The notes beneath the pieces were generated by a model, which made no database searches, was not told where the DNA came from, and saw nothing but the letters and a program-made list of their open reading frames with translations. Positions 48,628-57,709 of a DNA stretch of 64,000 nucleotides are shown one piece after another; position 1 is the stretch's first letter, and the number at the start of each line of letters is the position of its first letter. Source of the DNA: Nocardioidaceae bacterium (GTDB taxonomy: Bacteria > Actinomycetota > Actinomycetes > Propionibacteriales > Nocardioidaceae); assembly GCA_033850885.1 (NCBI GenBank), contig JAWWPG010000010.1, positions 58,093 through 122,092 on the forward strand, read 5' to 3'. The position numbers were made by a program, and so were the translations under genes.

Positions 48628-48701
48628 TGGCCAGGGGCGGGTTCGAACCGCCGACCTTCCGCTTTTCAGGCGGACGCTCGTACCGACTGAGCTACCTGGC
48701 C
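48628..48701 (-). tRNA. tRNA-Phe (GAA)
   Basis: Reverse complement reads GGCCAGGTAGCTCAGTCGGTA..TCCGC-CTGAAAA-GCGGA..GGCGGTTCGAACCCGCC-CCTGGCC-A. Canonical cloverleaf. CCA not encoded. Confidence 0.95.
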
Positions 48702-48942
48702 GCGCGCGGGGCAACGCACACGTCGCCCCGGCAAAGCGAGCGCCCAGCCCTGCTGGGCCGACTCAGTCTAGCGGCTACGCTCGCCCGGGACATCGTGGGT
48801 TGGTCGCCGTCCGAGGCAGCGAAACCCCGATTCCGAGCCGGCGAAACCCGCCGTGTCCGGCCGGCCCGAGACTTGCCGTCCCGCACCCCGACGGGCACCC
48901 TGCGAAGGTGACGACGCACGCTGGTTCGGTGGCCCTTCGCCG

Positions 48943-49482
48943 GTGAGGCTTCTCCTGATGGCCGACACGCACGTGCCAAAACGGGCTCGCGACCTGCCCG
49001 AACCGCTGTGGCGTGCGGTCGACGAGGCAGATGTGGTGGTTCACGCTGGTGACTGGGTGAGCGTCACGCTGCTGGACTCGTTGGAGGAGCGGGCTCGGAA
49101 CCTGGTCGGCGTCTACGGGAACAACGACGGCGACGACCTGCGTCGCCGGCTGCCTGAGGTGGCGTACGCCGACCTCGCCGGCGTCCGGTTGGCGGTGGTG
49201 CACGAGACGGGAGGGCGGACCGGCCGCGAGGCGCGGTGCGCCGACCGGTTCCCGGGCGTCGATGTGCTGGTGTTCGGCCACAGTCACATCCCCTGGGACA
49301 GTACGGCGGCGAACGGGCTTCGCCTCCTCAACCCCGGCTCACCGACGGACCGCCGACGACAGCCGTTCTGCACGTACATGACCGCGACCGCGCAAGCGGG
49401 AGTCATCGAGCACCTTGAGCTGCACCAGCTCACAGTGCGCAGCACCGGGGCCGACCACGGAAGTCCTAGCGCTCAGCCCTGA
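48943..49482 (+). CDS. YfcE/MJ0936-type metallophosphoesterase
   Basis: The GTG start gives VRLLLMADTHVP. Motifs HAGD, GNND and GHSH are present. Confidence 0.85.
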   Translation: MRLLLMADTHVPKRARDLPEPLWRAVDEADVVVHAGDWVSVTLLDSLEERARNLVGVYGNNDGDDLRRRLPEVAYADLAGVRLAVVHETGGRTGREARCADRFPGVDVLVFGHSHIPWDSTAANGLRLLNPGSPTDRRRQPFCTYMTATAQAGVIEHLELHQLTVRSTGADHGSPSAQP

Positions 49483-49504
49483 GGGGCTCAACCCGGAGAA
49501 GCAG

Positions 49505-49540
49505 GGCAAAGCGCCTCACCCGACCAACCAAGTGAGGCGC
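49505..49540 (-). terminator. Hairpin terminator downstream of tRNA-Asp (also at the 3' end of the phosphoesterase gene)
   Basis: 9-bp stem GCGCCTCAC / GTGAGGCGC. On the minus strand it is followed by TTTGCCCTGCTTCTCC. Confidence 0.55.
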
Positions 49541-49543
49541 CAG

Positions 49544-49617
49544 CGACCCCGACGGGACTCGAACCCGCGACCTCCGCCGTGACAGGGCGGCGCGCTAACC
49601 AACTGCGCTACGGGGCC
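49544..49617 (-). tRNA. tRNA-Asp (GTC)
   Basis: Reverse complement reads GGCCCCGTAGCGCAGTTGGTTAGCGCG-CCGCC-CTGTCAC-GGCGG..GCGGGTTCGAGTCCCGT-CGGGGTC-G. Confidence 0.95.
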
Positions 49618-49650
49618 AGCGTTGTCGCGCGGAAACTTTAGCGCACGACG

Positions 49651-49723
49651 CACCCCCAACGGGATTCGAACCCGTGCTACCGCCGTGAAAGGGCGGCGTC
49701 CTAGGCCACTAGACGATGGGGGC
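49651..49723 (-). tRNA. tRNA-Glu (TTC)
   Basis: Reverse complement reads GCCCCCATCGTCTAGTGGCCTAGGACG-CCGCC-CTTTCAC-GGCGG..CACGGGTTCGAATCCCGT-TGGGGGT-G. Confidence 0.93.
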
Positions 49724-49828
49724 CTAAGCCCGGGCACCTCAGAGGAAGCCGTCGGGGACCGCCCAATCATAGGTGCAGCAAAGGCTTCCACCAAACCGCC
49801 CGGAGGCGCCACCCGTACCCTTGACCCT

Positions 49829-50176
49829 ATGATCGACGTGTCGCGGGAGGCCTTCGAGGAGCTGGTCGCCGACGCGATCGACTCCCTTCCTCCTGACCTC
49901 GCGAAGCTGACGGACAACGTCGCCATCTTCGTCGAGGACTATCCACCGCCGGGTCAGCACCTCCTCGGCCTCTACCAGGGCGTTCCCCTCACCCAGCGCG
50001 GCTTCTTCTACGCGGGGGCGCTGCCCGATCGCATCACGATCTACCGACTGCCCCTGCTGTCGATCAGCGCAACCGAGACGCAGGTCCGCGACCAGGTCCG
50101 GATGACCGTCGTGCACGAGATCGCGCACCACTTCGGTATCGGTGACGAGAAGCTGCACGAGCTCGGTTACGGGTAG
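49829..50176 (+). CDS. Zincin-like metallopeptidase-family small protein (DUF1025-like)
   Basis: Internal ATG at 49829. 115 aa with an HExxH motif (VVHEIAHHFG). Confidence 0.78.
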   Translation: MIDVSREAFEELVADAIDSLPPDLAKLTDNVAIFVEDYPPPGQHLLGLYQGVPLTQRGFFYAGALPDRITIYRLPLLSISATETQVRDQVRMTVVHEIAHHFGIGDEKLHELGYG

Positions 50177-50211
50177 CCGAGCCGGTACGCCGACCTGCCG
50201 CGCGCGCCAGC

Positions 50212-51027
50212 TCAGCCGAAGCGGCCGGAGATGTAGGCCTCCGTCGAGGGGTTGTCGGGGTTGGAGAACATCTTGGTCGTCGGGCCGTACTCGATGAGGC
50301 GCCCAGGCTTGCCGACTCCCGCAATGTTGAAGAACGCGGTCGTGTCGGAGACCCGAGCAGCCTGCTGCATGTTGTGGGTGACGATCGCGATCGTGAAGTT
50401 CTCCTTGAGCTCGTGGATCAGGTCCTCGATGGCGCTCGTGGAGATCGGATCGAGAGCCGAGCACGGCTCGTCCATCAGCAGCACTTGCGGCTCGACGGCG
50501 ATCGCCCTGGCGATGCAGAGGCGCTGCTGCTGGCCGCCAGACAGGCTGGCGCCCGGCTTGCCCAGCCGGTCCTTGACCTCCTCCCAGAGGTTGGCCCCGC
50601 GCAGCGACCTCTCGACGACCTCAGCGGCGTCGGAGCGGCTGATCCGCTTGCCGTTGAGCCTGACCCCGGCAATCACATTCTCGGAGATCGTCATGGTGGG
50701 AAACGGGTTCGGCCGCTGGAAGACCATCCCGATGCTTCGTCGTACCTCGACCGGGTCGACGTCCGAGTCGTAGAGGTCGCGGCCGTCGATGATGATCTTG
50801 CCCTCGACTCGCGCCCCCGGGGCGACCTCGTGCATGCGGTTGAGCGCCCGCAGGAAGGTTGACTTGCCGCACCCGGACGGCCCGATCAGCGCGGTCACCG
50901 ACCGCGCCGCGATCGGCAGTGAGACCCCCTCCACCGCGAGGAACGACCCGTAGAAGATGTTGAGATCGCTGACGTCGATACTCTTCGCCACGTTGCTCCT
51001 CTGACGGTCGTGCAGGGTTTGCGTCAT
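50212..51027 (-). CDS. pstB: Phosphate ABC transporter ATP-binding protein
   Basis: [43 protein letters not shown] and the PstB-typical C-terminus (YISGRFG). Confidence 0.96.
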   Translation of the reverse strand: MTQTLHDRQRSNVAKSIDVSDLNIFYGSFLAVEGVSLPIAARSVTALIGPSGCGKSTFLRALNRMHEVAPGARVEGKIIIDGRDLYDSDVDPVEVRRSIGMVFQRPNPFPTMTISENVIAGVRLNGKRISRSDAAEVVERSLRGANLWEEVKDRLGKPGASLSGGQQQRLCIARAIAVEPQVLLMDEPCSALDPISTSAIEDLIHELKENFTIAIVTHNMQQAARVSDTTAFFNIAGVGKPGRLIEYGPTTKMFSNPDNPSTEAYISGRFG

Positions 51028-51029
51028 TG

Positions 51030-52118
51030 TCAGGCCTTTGTCTTGGGAGCGAAGAGCCGGGACACGGTACGGGCGGCCAGGCTGAGCACCATGATGATGA
51101 CGGTCAGCACCAACGCCGCACCCCAGGCGCGGTCGGTGCTGAACTGCGGCGGGAAGCCGGGGTTCTTGAACTCCTCGTAGATGTACACCGGCAACGTCAT
51201 GATCCGTCCGTTGAAGACGTTGAAGTTCGTCGAGTCGGTGAAGCCACAGATGATCAGCAAGGGGGCGGTCTCACCGATGACCCGGGCGATCGCGATCGTC
51301 ACCCCGGTCACGATTCCGGCAACAGCCGTCGGCAGGACGACCTTGGTGATGGTCCGCCATTTCGGTACGCCCAGCGCGTACGACGCCTCCCGCAGGTCAC
51401 GCGGGACGAGCTTGAGCATCTCCTCAGCCGAGCGCACCACCAGGGGGATCATCAGCACAGAGAGGGCGACCGACCCGGCGAAGCCCATCCGGACGCCGGC
51501 CCCGAAGAAGATGGCGAAGAGCGCGTAGGCGAAGAGGCCCGCCACGATCGAGGGGATCCCGGTCATGACGTCGACCAGGAAGGTGATGGCCTTCGCCATC
51601 GTGCCGTCGCCGTACTCGACGAGGTAGATCGCGGTCAGCAGGCCAACCGGTACGGAAAGCACTGCGGCCATCCCGGTTACCAGGATCGTCCCCCAGATGG
51701 CGTGGTAGACGCCACCACCGGACCCGAGCACGTTGCGCATCGAGGCGGTGAGGAACGTCGAGCTGATGACCGGCACGCCGTTGCTGAACACCTCCCACAG
51801 CAGGCTTGCCAACGGAAGCAGCGCCACGACGAAGGCGGTACTGACCATGATGGTCGCCAACCTGTCGGTACTCTTGCGGCTGCCCTCGACAAGGCGGGAA
51901 GCGACGTAGAGCACGACGGCGAACACCAGCCAGCCGAAGATGATCGAGAGCGCAAGGCCGTTGCCGAGCCCGAGGTACAGCACGAGGGCCACCAGGACGG
52001 CTCCGAGACCGATCCCGGGCGTTACCAGCCTGTGGAGGCGGGGACGGCGCAGCTGCTCCTCGAGCGCCTGGATCGCGAGATCGTCGGGCCCCCGCCCCTT
52101 GGTGAGTCGGTGTGTCAT
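51030..52118 (-). CDS. pstA: Phosphate ABC transporter permease PstA
   Basis: 362 aa. EAA-type loop ([22 protein letters not shown]). Contiguous with pstB and pstC. Confidence 0.92.
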   Translation of the reverse strand: MTHRLTKGRGPDDLAIQALEEQLRRPRLHRLVTPGIGLGAVLVALVLYLGLGNGLALSIIFGWLVFAVVLYVASRLVEGSRKSTDRLATIMVSTAFVVALLPLASLLWEVFSNGVPVISSTFLTASMRNVLGSGGGVYHAIWGTILVTGMAAVLSVPVGLLTAIYLVEYGDGTMAKAITFLVDVMTGIPSIVAGLFAYALFAIFFGAGVRMGFAGSVALSVLMIPLVVRSAEEMLKLVPRDLREASYALGVPKWRTITKVVLPTAVAGIVTGVTIAIARVIGETAPLLIICGFTDSTNFNVFNGRIMTLPVYIYEEFKNPGFPPQFSTDRAWGAALVLTVIIMVLSLAARTVSRLFAPKTKA

Positions 52119-53059
52119 GTCACGGCCCCCGAGCTGCCCTTGCTGCCGACGAGCGCACGCGCGATGAAGTTGACGACGAATGTGATGACGAACAGCACGA
52201 GTCCGGTAGCGATCAACACGTTGACCGCGATGCCGCTCGAGTCCGGGAAGCTCAAGGCGATGTTGGCGGCGATCGTGTTCGGGTTGACGCTGCTGATCAG
52301 GTTGAACGTCACGACGTTGCTCACCGACAGCACCATCGCGACCGCCATGGTCTCTCCGAGGGCCCGGCCGAGACCGAGCATGGCGGCGCTGACGATGCCC
52401 GAGCGGGCGTACGGGAACACCGCGAGCCGGATCGACTCCCAGCGGGTCGCGCCCAGTGCGAGGGCGGCTTCCTCGTGCAGCCGTGGTGTCTGCAGGAAGA
52501 CCTCACGGCAAAGCGACGTGCTGATCGGAAGGATCATGATCGCGAGGACGATGCCCGCGGTGAGGATGGTCCGGCCCGTGACGGACGCTGGACCGGTGAA
52601 GAAGGGAAGGAACCCCAGGTGGGCTTGCAACCAGGCATAGATCGGCACCATCTTCGGTGACAGCAGGAAGATGCCCCAGAGGCCGTAGACGACACTCGGG
52701 ACGGCGGCGAGCAGGTCGACCAGGTAGCCCAGCAGCCAGGCCAGCCGGCGCGGTGCGTAGTGCGAGATGAACAGGGCGACGCCGACCGACAGCGGCGTGG
52801 AGATGACCAGGGCCAGGGTTGCGGCGAGGATCGTGCCGAACACCAGCGGTCCGATGTAGGAGGCGAGCCCTTGTCCACCGGGTATCTGGCTTCGAGAGGC
52901 GGTGAACGCCGGGAACCCCTCATACGTGAGGAAGATAGCCACCCCCGCGAGCGTGACCAGGATCAATCCGCCCGCTGAGGTGGCGACGCCTCTGAAGAGG
53001 CGGTCCCCGATGCGTCGAGGCGCATGTCGGGACCCGCGCTCGGTGTGCGTTGTCGTCAC
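52115..53059 (-). CDS. pstC: Phosphate ABC transporter permease PstC
   Basis: 314 aa. Loop (HEEAALALGATRWESIRLAVFP). 4-nt overlap with pstA. Confidence 0.92.
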   Translation of the reverse strand: MTTTHTERGSRHAPRRIGDRLFRGVATSAGGLILVTLAGVAIFLTYEGFPAFTASRSQIPGGQGLASYIGPLVFGTILAATLALVISTPLSVGVALFISHYAPRRLAWLLGYLVDLLAAVPSVVYGLWGIFLLSPKMVPIYAWLQAHLGFLPFFTGPASVTGRTILTAGIVLAIMILPISTSLCREVFLQTPRLHEEAALALGATRWESIRLAVFPYARSGIVSAAMLGLGRALGETMAVAMVLSVSNVVTFNLISSVNPNTIAANIALSFPDSSGIAVNVLIATGLVLFVITFVVNFIARALVGSKGSSGAVT

Positions 53060-53087
53060 ATCTCGTCCTAGGTTCCTCGGCGAACCA

Positions 53088-54209
53088 TCACCCAGCCGTG
53101 ACCGTGTTGATCGCCTTCGTCGCCTTGGCGATGATGGCGGCGGTCAACGGGGCCGATCCCGCCTGCTTGGCTGCCGCCGCTTGCCCGCCGGAGCTGACGG
53201 CGTACGCCTCGAAGGCCTTGATCAGGCTGGCAGTGGACTGGCTCGACTGCTTCTGGCAGAACATCTGATAGGAGATGAGGATGATCGGGTAGGTGCCCGA
53301 CGACGTCGTCGTGCGGTTGACCTTCATCGACAGGTTCGTCGTGGAGCTGGGGTCCACGAACGTCGACTGGTCGAGGACCTTCGAGGCGGCTGCCGCCGAG
53401 GGTGCGACGTGAGCCGACCCTACGGTGATGAGGGCCTGGCTCAGGGCCTTGGCTTGGCTCGCGTCGGCGTACCCGATCGTTCCGTTGCCTGCCTGGACGG
53501 CGGCGACCACACCCGATGTGCCGTCGGCGCCCTCACCGCTCTTGAGGGGCCAGTCCTCGCTCGCGGGATACTTCCAGGCTGATCCCGCGGCCTGGGAGAG
53601 GTAGTCGGTGAAGTTGAAAGTGGTGCCCGACGAGTCCGAGCGGTGGACTGGTGTGATCGTCGTGCTGGGCAGCTTTACGCCGGGGTTCTCGCCGGCGATC
53701 GCCTTGTCGTTCCAGGTGGTGATCTTGCCCGCGAAGATCTGCGCGAGCGTGTCCGGCGAGAGGTTGAGCTTCGTCACGCCGGGCAGGTTGTAGGCCACGG
53801 CGATCGGGCTCACGTAGACCGGGACCTGGATCGGGTCGCTTCCGCACTTTTGCTTCGCTTGCTTGATCTGGTCGCTGGTGAGGTAGGCATCGGATCCGGC
53901 GAACTGGACCGCCCCCGAGAGCAGCTCGTCAACGCCTCCGCCAGAGCCCACCGGGTCGTAGTTGATCGTCACGCCGGTGTTGGCGGTCTGGAAGGCTGCG
54001 GTCCAAGCCTCGATGGCCGACTGTTGGGCGGTGGATCCGGCGCCGTTGAGAGTGCCCGAGAGCGCTGGAGCGGTGGAGCCGCCGCCGGAGCTCGGTGTGG
54101 TTTTCGGGGTGTTGTTCTCGTTCGAGGCGCTGCACGCGCCCAGCGTCACGGCAACGCATAGACTCAGTGATCCCATGAGCAGCACGCGGGGTGCGGAAGG
54201 ACGGTTCAC
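53088..54209 (-). CDS. pstS: Phosphate-binding lipoprotein PstS
   Basis: The GTG at 54209 is preceded by GAGGAAG. Lipobox VTLGAC. PstS motifs (GAGSTAQQSAI, VHRSDSSGTT). Confidence 0.9.
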   Translation of the reverse strand: MNRPSAPRVLLMGSLSLCVAVTLGACSASNENNTPKTTPSSGGGSTAPALSGTLNGAGSTAQQSAIEAWTAAFQTANTGVTINYDPVGSGGGVDELLSGAVQFAGSDAYLTSDQIKQAKQKCGSDPIQVPVYVSPIAVAYNLPGVTKLNLSPDTLAQIFAGKITTWNDKAIAGENPGVKLPSTTITPVHRSDSSGTTFNFTDYLSQAAGSAWKYPASEDWPLKSGEGADGTSGVVAAVQAGNGTIGYADASQAKALSQALITVGSAHVAPSAAAASKVLDQSTFVDPSSTTNLSMKVNRTTTSSGTYPIILISYQMFCQKQSSQSTASLIKAFEAYAVSSGGQAAAAKQAGSAPLTAAIIAKATKAINTVTAG

Positions 54210-54289
54210 GTGGTTCTTCCTCAAAGGTGTGTTGGACAGGGTTCTCGACGCCTGTGACGCTAGGGACTGCAGGTGTCCGCTGTGTTTGG

Positions 54290-54311
54290 CGATGGTTAAC
54301 GGGTCGTGAAC
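54290..54311 (-). promoter_or_regulatory. Candidate PHO box (PhoP site) upstream of pstS
   Basis: The minus strand reads GTTCACGACCC GTTAACCATCG. These are two 11-nt direct repeats fitting the actinobacterial G(G/T)TCAYYYR(G/C)G unit, about 80-100 nt upstream of the pstS start. Confidence 0.55.
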
Positions 54312-54423
54312 GCTGTGCGACCAGGAGACCTCGCCTGTACGGACAGTGCCGAGACCTTCTCCGCGGAGCGCTCCGCGGAGCCGATTATCCAAGGGGGAGC
54401 GGCATATCCGGCAGAATGGACCC

Positions 54424-55341
54424 GTGAGCGGCCACCACCACCTTCACGGGTCCTCGACGGTCGAGGAGAACCGTCGGCGTCTCGTCGTGGTGCTCTCGAC
54501 CACGTCCCTCGTGCTGCTGGCCGAGGTGGTCGGAGCGGCGGTCTCCGGCAGCCTGGCGCTACTCGCCGACGCCGGTCACATGCTCACCGACATCGCCGGG
54601 CTGACGCTCGCGCTGGTGGCGGCGGTGCTCGGCCGGCGTCCCGCGACGGACACCCGCACCTGGGGGTTCGTACGCCTCGAGGTGCTGGCCGCCGCCGCGC
54701 AGGCTGCGGTGCTGCTGGCGGTCGGCGGGTTCATCCTCGTCGAGGGGGTACGGCGCCTGGTGTCGCCGCCCGCCGTGGACTCCTCGCTGATGGTGGTCTT
54801 CGGCGCCGTCGGTCTGGCGGGGAACCTGGTCGGCATCGCCGTACTCACGGCCGCGCGGCGCTCGAACCTCAACATGCGCGCCGCCTTCCTCGAGGTGGTG
54901 AGCGACGCACTGGGGTCGTCAGCGGTGATCGTGGCCGCCCTGGTGATCGCCGCGACCGGCTGGCTGCGCGCGGATGCGGTCGCCTCTTTGCTCATCGGGG
55001 TGCTGATCATCCCGCGTACGGTGCGGCTGCTGCGTGACAGCGTCAACGTTCTTCTCGAGTCGACACCGGCAGGGATGGAGCTTGGTGAGGTTCGTGAGCA
55101 CATGCTTCAGCTCCCGCACGTCCACGACGTGCACGACCTGCACGCCTCCCAGGTCGCGACCGGCCTTCCGGTGCTGACGGTCCACGCGGTCGTCGACGAC
55201 GCCTGCTTCCACGACGGGCACCTGATGCAGATGCTCGACGAGCTGCAGGAATGCCTCTTAGGGCACTTCGATGTCCAGCACTCGACGATCCAGTTCGAGG
55301 CGGCGAGCCACTCCGCGCACGAGCACGCTGCCCACCGGTAG
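54424..55341 (+). CDS. Cation diffusion facilitator (CzcD/ZitB-type) exporter
   Basis: His-rich N-terminus (SGHHHLH). CDF signature (SLALLADAGHMLTD), six TM segments and a C-terminal cytoplasmic domain with His residues. Start is uncertain (GTG 54424 vs GTG 54346). Confidence 0.85.
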   Translation: MSGHHHLHGSSTVEENRRRLVVVLSTTSLVLLAEVVGAAVSGSLALLADAGHMLTDIAGLTLALVAAVLGRRPATDTRTWGFVRLEVLAAAAQAAVLLAVGGFILVEGVRRLVSPPAVDSSLMVVFGAVGLAGNLVGIAVLTAARRSNLNMRAAFLEVVSDALGSSAVIVAALVIAATGWLRADAVASLLIGVLIIPRTVRLLRDSVNVLLESTPAGMELGEVREHMLQLPHVHDVHDLHASQVATGLPVLTVHAVVDDACFHDGHLMQMLDELQECLLGHFDVQHSTIQFEAASHSAHEHAAHR

Positions 55342-55350
55342 GGCGCTCGG

Positions 55351-55722
55351 TCAGCGGTGCCTTTTGATGCGCCGGCGCACCAGCTTGCGCCTCGCCTCCG
55401 GGTTCTTGCGCTGGCGAAGATATCCGACGTACGCCGCGGCGCCGATCGCCGTGACTAGCAGCGGCGGTCCAGATGGCTTGAGCGGACCTCGGTGACGCTG
55501 TGAGAGCACGGCTCCCTGCGACTGGTTGGACAGGATCGACCAACGCGCCATGTTCGACAGCGCCGAGCCGAGGCTCATTGAGGACCCGACGGAGAGCGCC
55601 GAGGCAAAGGAGCCGATGCTCCCGAACGACGCGAACGACCCGACGCTGGCAACGGAGAGCGCGGAGCTGTCAGAGGCGACGGACAGGAACGAGTTGCGTG
55701 ACCACAGCGACCAGCTGGACAT
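55351..55722 (-). CDS. Small tail-anchored protein with (Ser-x-x)n triplet repeat
   Basis: ATG 55722 is preceded by GAAGGAG. 123 aa: an S-x-x repeat over residues 2-74, a TM helix (PPLLVTAIGAAAYVGYL) and a polybasic tail. Only the 3' third of track ORF 55351..56352 is accepted. Confidence 0.5.
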   Translation of the reverse strand: MSSWSLWSRNSFLSVASDSSALSVASVGSFASFGSIGSFASALSVGSSMSLGSALSNMARWSILSNQSQGAVLSQRHRGPLKPSGPPLLVTAIGAAAYVGYLRQRKNPEARRKLVRRRIKRHR

Positions 55723-55840
55723 GAACGGCTCCTTCGTGAGCTTCGGCAACGGACGAGCTTGCTGCAGTATGACGCCAGGCCGCTCGTTGATCACCGGGTC
55801 GGTCCGGCCGCTCGCCGCGGCCATGTTTCTCGAGCGGGGT

Positions 55841-56803
55841 ATGCCGACCTCCCGCGACGAGCCGTTGTGGGTAGCGGAGAATGGCGGGGTGAGTCGCCGG
55901 GCGTTGCTGCTGTTCATCGGTCTGGGTGTCGCCTGGGGTATCCCGTACCTGCTGATCAAGGTGGCCGTGCGTGAGCTGTCGCCCACCGAGCTGGTGCTGG
56001 CCCGCACGATGCTCGCGGCGATCCTCCTGCTGCCGGTCGCCGCCGCTCGGCGCGCCGTCGTACCGGTGCTGCGGCACTGGAAGCCACTGCTCGCCTTCAC
56101 GGCGTGCGAGATAGCCATCCCGTGGGTCTCGCTCGGTAGCGCCGAGCAACGGTTGCCGAGCTCGACCACCGGGCTGCTCATCGCCGCCGTACCGATCGTC
56201 GGGATCGCGGTGGCGTTCCTCGGCGGACGGGCCGAGCCGCTTCCCGCGACCGCGTGGGCAGGTCTCGCCCTCGGCATCGCCGGGGTCGGCGCGCTGGTGG
56301 GCCTCGACGTGGGCGGCTCGAACCTGGGCGCGGTGGGAGAGGTCGGGCTCACCGTACTGGGCTACGCCCTCGGACCGGCTATCCTGTCGCGCTACCTCAG
56401 CAGCCTGCCCAGCATCGGCGTCGTCGCGACGTCACTTACCCTGACGTCACTCGTCTACGTCCCCGTGGTCCTGACAACGGACGGGATGCCCTCCTCGTTG
56501 CCTTCGGGAGAGGTCATCTGGTCGGTCGTCCTGCTGGCCACTGTGTGTACGGCGTTAGCGTTCCTGCTCCTCTTCGCCCTCGTCGGTGAGATCGGACCGG
56601 TACGGGCGACAACGATCACATATGTCAACCCCGCCGTCGCGGTAGCTGCAGGGGCGCTCATCCTGAACGAACCCGTGACCGTATGGACCCTCGTCGGGTT
56701 CGTCCTGGTCGTGGCCGGGTCCTACCTGGTCAACCGCCAGCCGAGGAAGGCTCGCGACGTTCCGTCGGACGGGCTGCCGCTGGGGACCCATGCCGGAGGG
56801 TGA
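55841..56803 (+). CDS. EamA/DMT-family transporter
   Basis: Ten TM segments with duplicated EamA halves (LLLFIGLGVAWGIPYLLIKV ...). Start is uncertain (ATG 55823/55841 or GTG 55889). The acidic upstream part of the ORF is rejected. Confidence 0.78.
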   Translation: MPTSRDEPLWVAENGGVSRRALLLFIGLGVAWGIPYLLIKVAVRELSPTELVLARTMLAAILLLPVAAARRAVVPVLRHWKPLLAFTACEIAIPWVSLGSAEQRLPSSTTGLLIAAVPIVGIAVAFLGGRAEPLPATAWAGLALGIAGVGALVGLDVGGSNLGAVGEVGLTVLGYALGPAILSRYLSSLPSIGVVATSLTLTSLVYVPVVLTTDGMPSSLPSGEVIWSVVLLATVCTALAFLLLFALVGEIGPVRATTITYVNPAVAVAAGALILNEPVTVWTLVGFVLVVAGSYLVNRQPRKARDVPSDGLPLGTHAGG

Positions 56804-57656
56804 CACGGTCTGGCTGCACGCGCAGAGGCTCAACTGGGTCCTCGCCGGCCGGCACGTCACGGCGTCGGACCTGCGGCTCCCCGGTCTTGCGACGACCAAC
56901 CTGGCCGGTTGCGAGGTACGTGACGTTACGAGCCGCGGGAAGCACCTGCTGATCCACCTGCAGGCGCCCGACGGGCGGGAGTGGACGCTCCGCTCTCACC
57001 TGCGGATGGACGGCACCTGGCGGGTCTTCCGGCCAGGGGAGCGCTGGCTTGGCCGGCCGCGTCACACGGTCCGTGTCGTCCTCACCACAGCGGACGCGGT
57101 CGCCGTAGGTTTCCACTTGCACGACGTCGCCCTCGTACCGCGTGACGAGGAGGCTTCCCTGGTGGGTCATCTCGGCCCCGACCTGCTCGGCACGGACTGG
57201 GATGCGGCGGAGGCGGTACGGCGACTGTCGGCCCGACCAGACCGGGAGATCGCGGTGGCCCTGCTCGACCAGCGGAACTTGGCCGGCATCGGCAACTTCT
57301 ACAAGTGCGAGATCCTCTTCCTGCGTGGCGTCTCCCCGTGGACGGCCGTCCGCGATGCGGGCGACCTCACCGCGATGGTCGACCTCGCCCACCGGCTGCT
57401 GCTGGCCAACCGTGACCGATGGGCACAGGTGACCACCGGGGACACGAGGCCGGGCCAAGGGGCGTACGTCTTCGACCGCGGAGGGTTGGCCTGTCGACGG
57501 TGTGGAACCGTCGTCCGGGTTGCCCGACTGGCTAACTCGGCGACCGAGGACCGCATCACCTACTGGTGTCCGTCCTGCCAGCCCGGGCCCGTTCCGCCGC
57601 ACTCGACCGAGTCGAGGTCACGTCCCGCGCGACGAGGCAGCGGTCGCCTGGCCTGA
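56790..57656 (+). CDS. nei: Fpg/Nei-family DNA glycosylase (endonuclease VIII-like)
   Basis: N-terminal MPEGDTV catalytic motif, H2TH region (LLDQRNLAGIGNFYKCEILF) and C-terminal zinc finger (CRRCG..YWCPSC). Confidence 0.88.
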   Translation: MPEGDTVWLHAQRLNWVLAGRHVTASDLRLPGLATTNLAGCEVRDVTSRGKHLLIHLQAPDGREWTLRSHLRMDGTWRVFRPGERWLGRPRHTVRVVLTTADAVAVGFHLHDVALVPRDEEASLVGHLGPDLLGTDWDAAEAVRRLSARPDREIAVALLDQRNLAGIGNFYKCEILFLRGVSPWTAVRDAGDLTAMVDLAHRLLLANRDRWAQVTTGDTRPGQGAYVFDRGGLACRRCGTVVRVARLANSATEDRITYWCPSCQPGPVPPHSTESRSRPARRGSGRLA

Positions 57657-57709
57657 ATGCGGCGGCCGAAAGCGGCCGCTATCGTGGGGTCTCGCCCGCC
57701 CGAGTATGA

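Noticed and set aside
51027-52660. 537-aa and 182-aa plus-strand ORFs antisense to pstA and pstC
   Set aside because: They lie opposite clear PstA and PstC permease frames. The products are Asp/Gly/His/Arg-rich and low-complexity.
55526-55840. Acidic N-terminal extension of the EamA ORF (TTG start at 55526)
   Set aside because: A roughly 100-aa Asp/Glu-rich leader is atypical for a DMT transporter. It is the GC3-sharing shadow of the Ser-x-x gene. The EamA TM core begins only after about 55890. This is kept as the explicit alternative hypothesis for that region.
55723-56352. Upstream two-thirds of minus ORF 55351..56352 (333 aa)
   Set aside because: This part is antisense to the EamA transporter and is Ala/Ser/Arg/Pro-rich. 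Only the 3' 372 nt, from an ATG with a good RBS, has a coherent architecture and is kept as a tentative gene.
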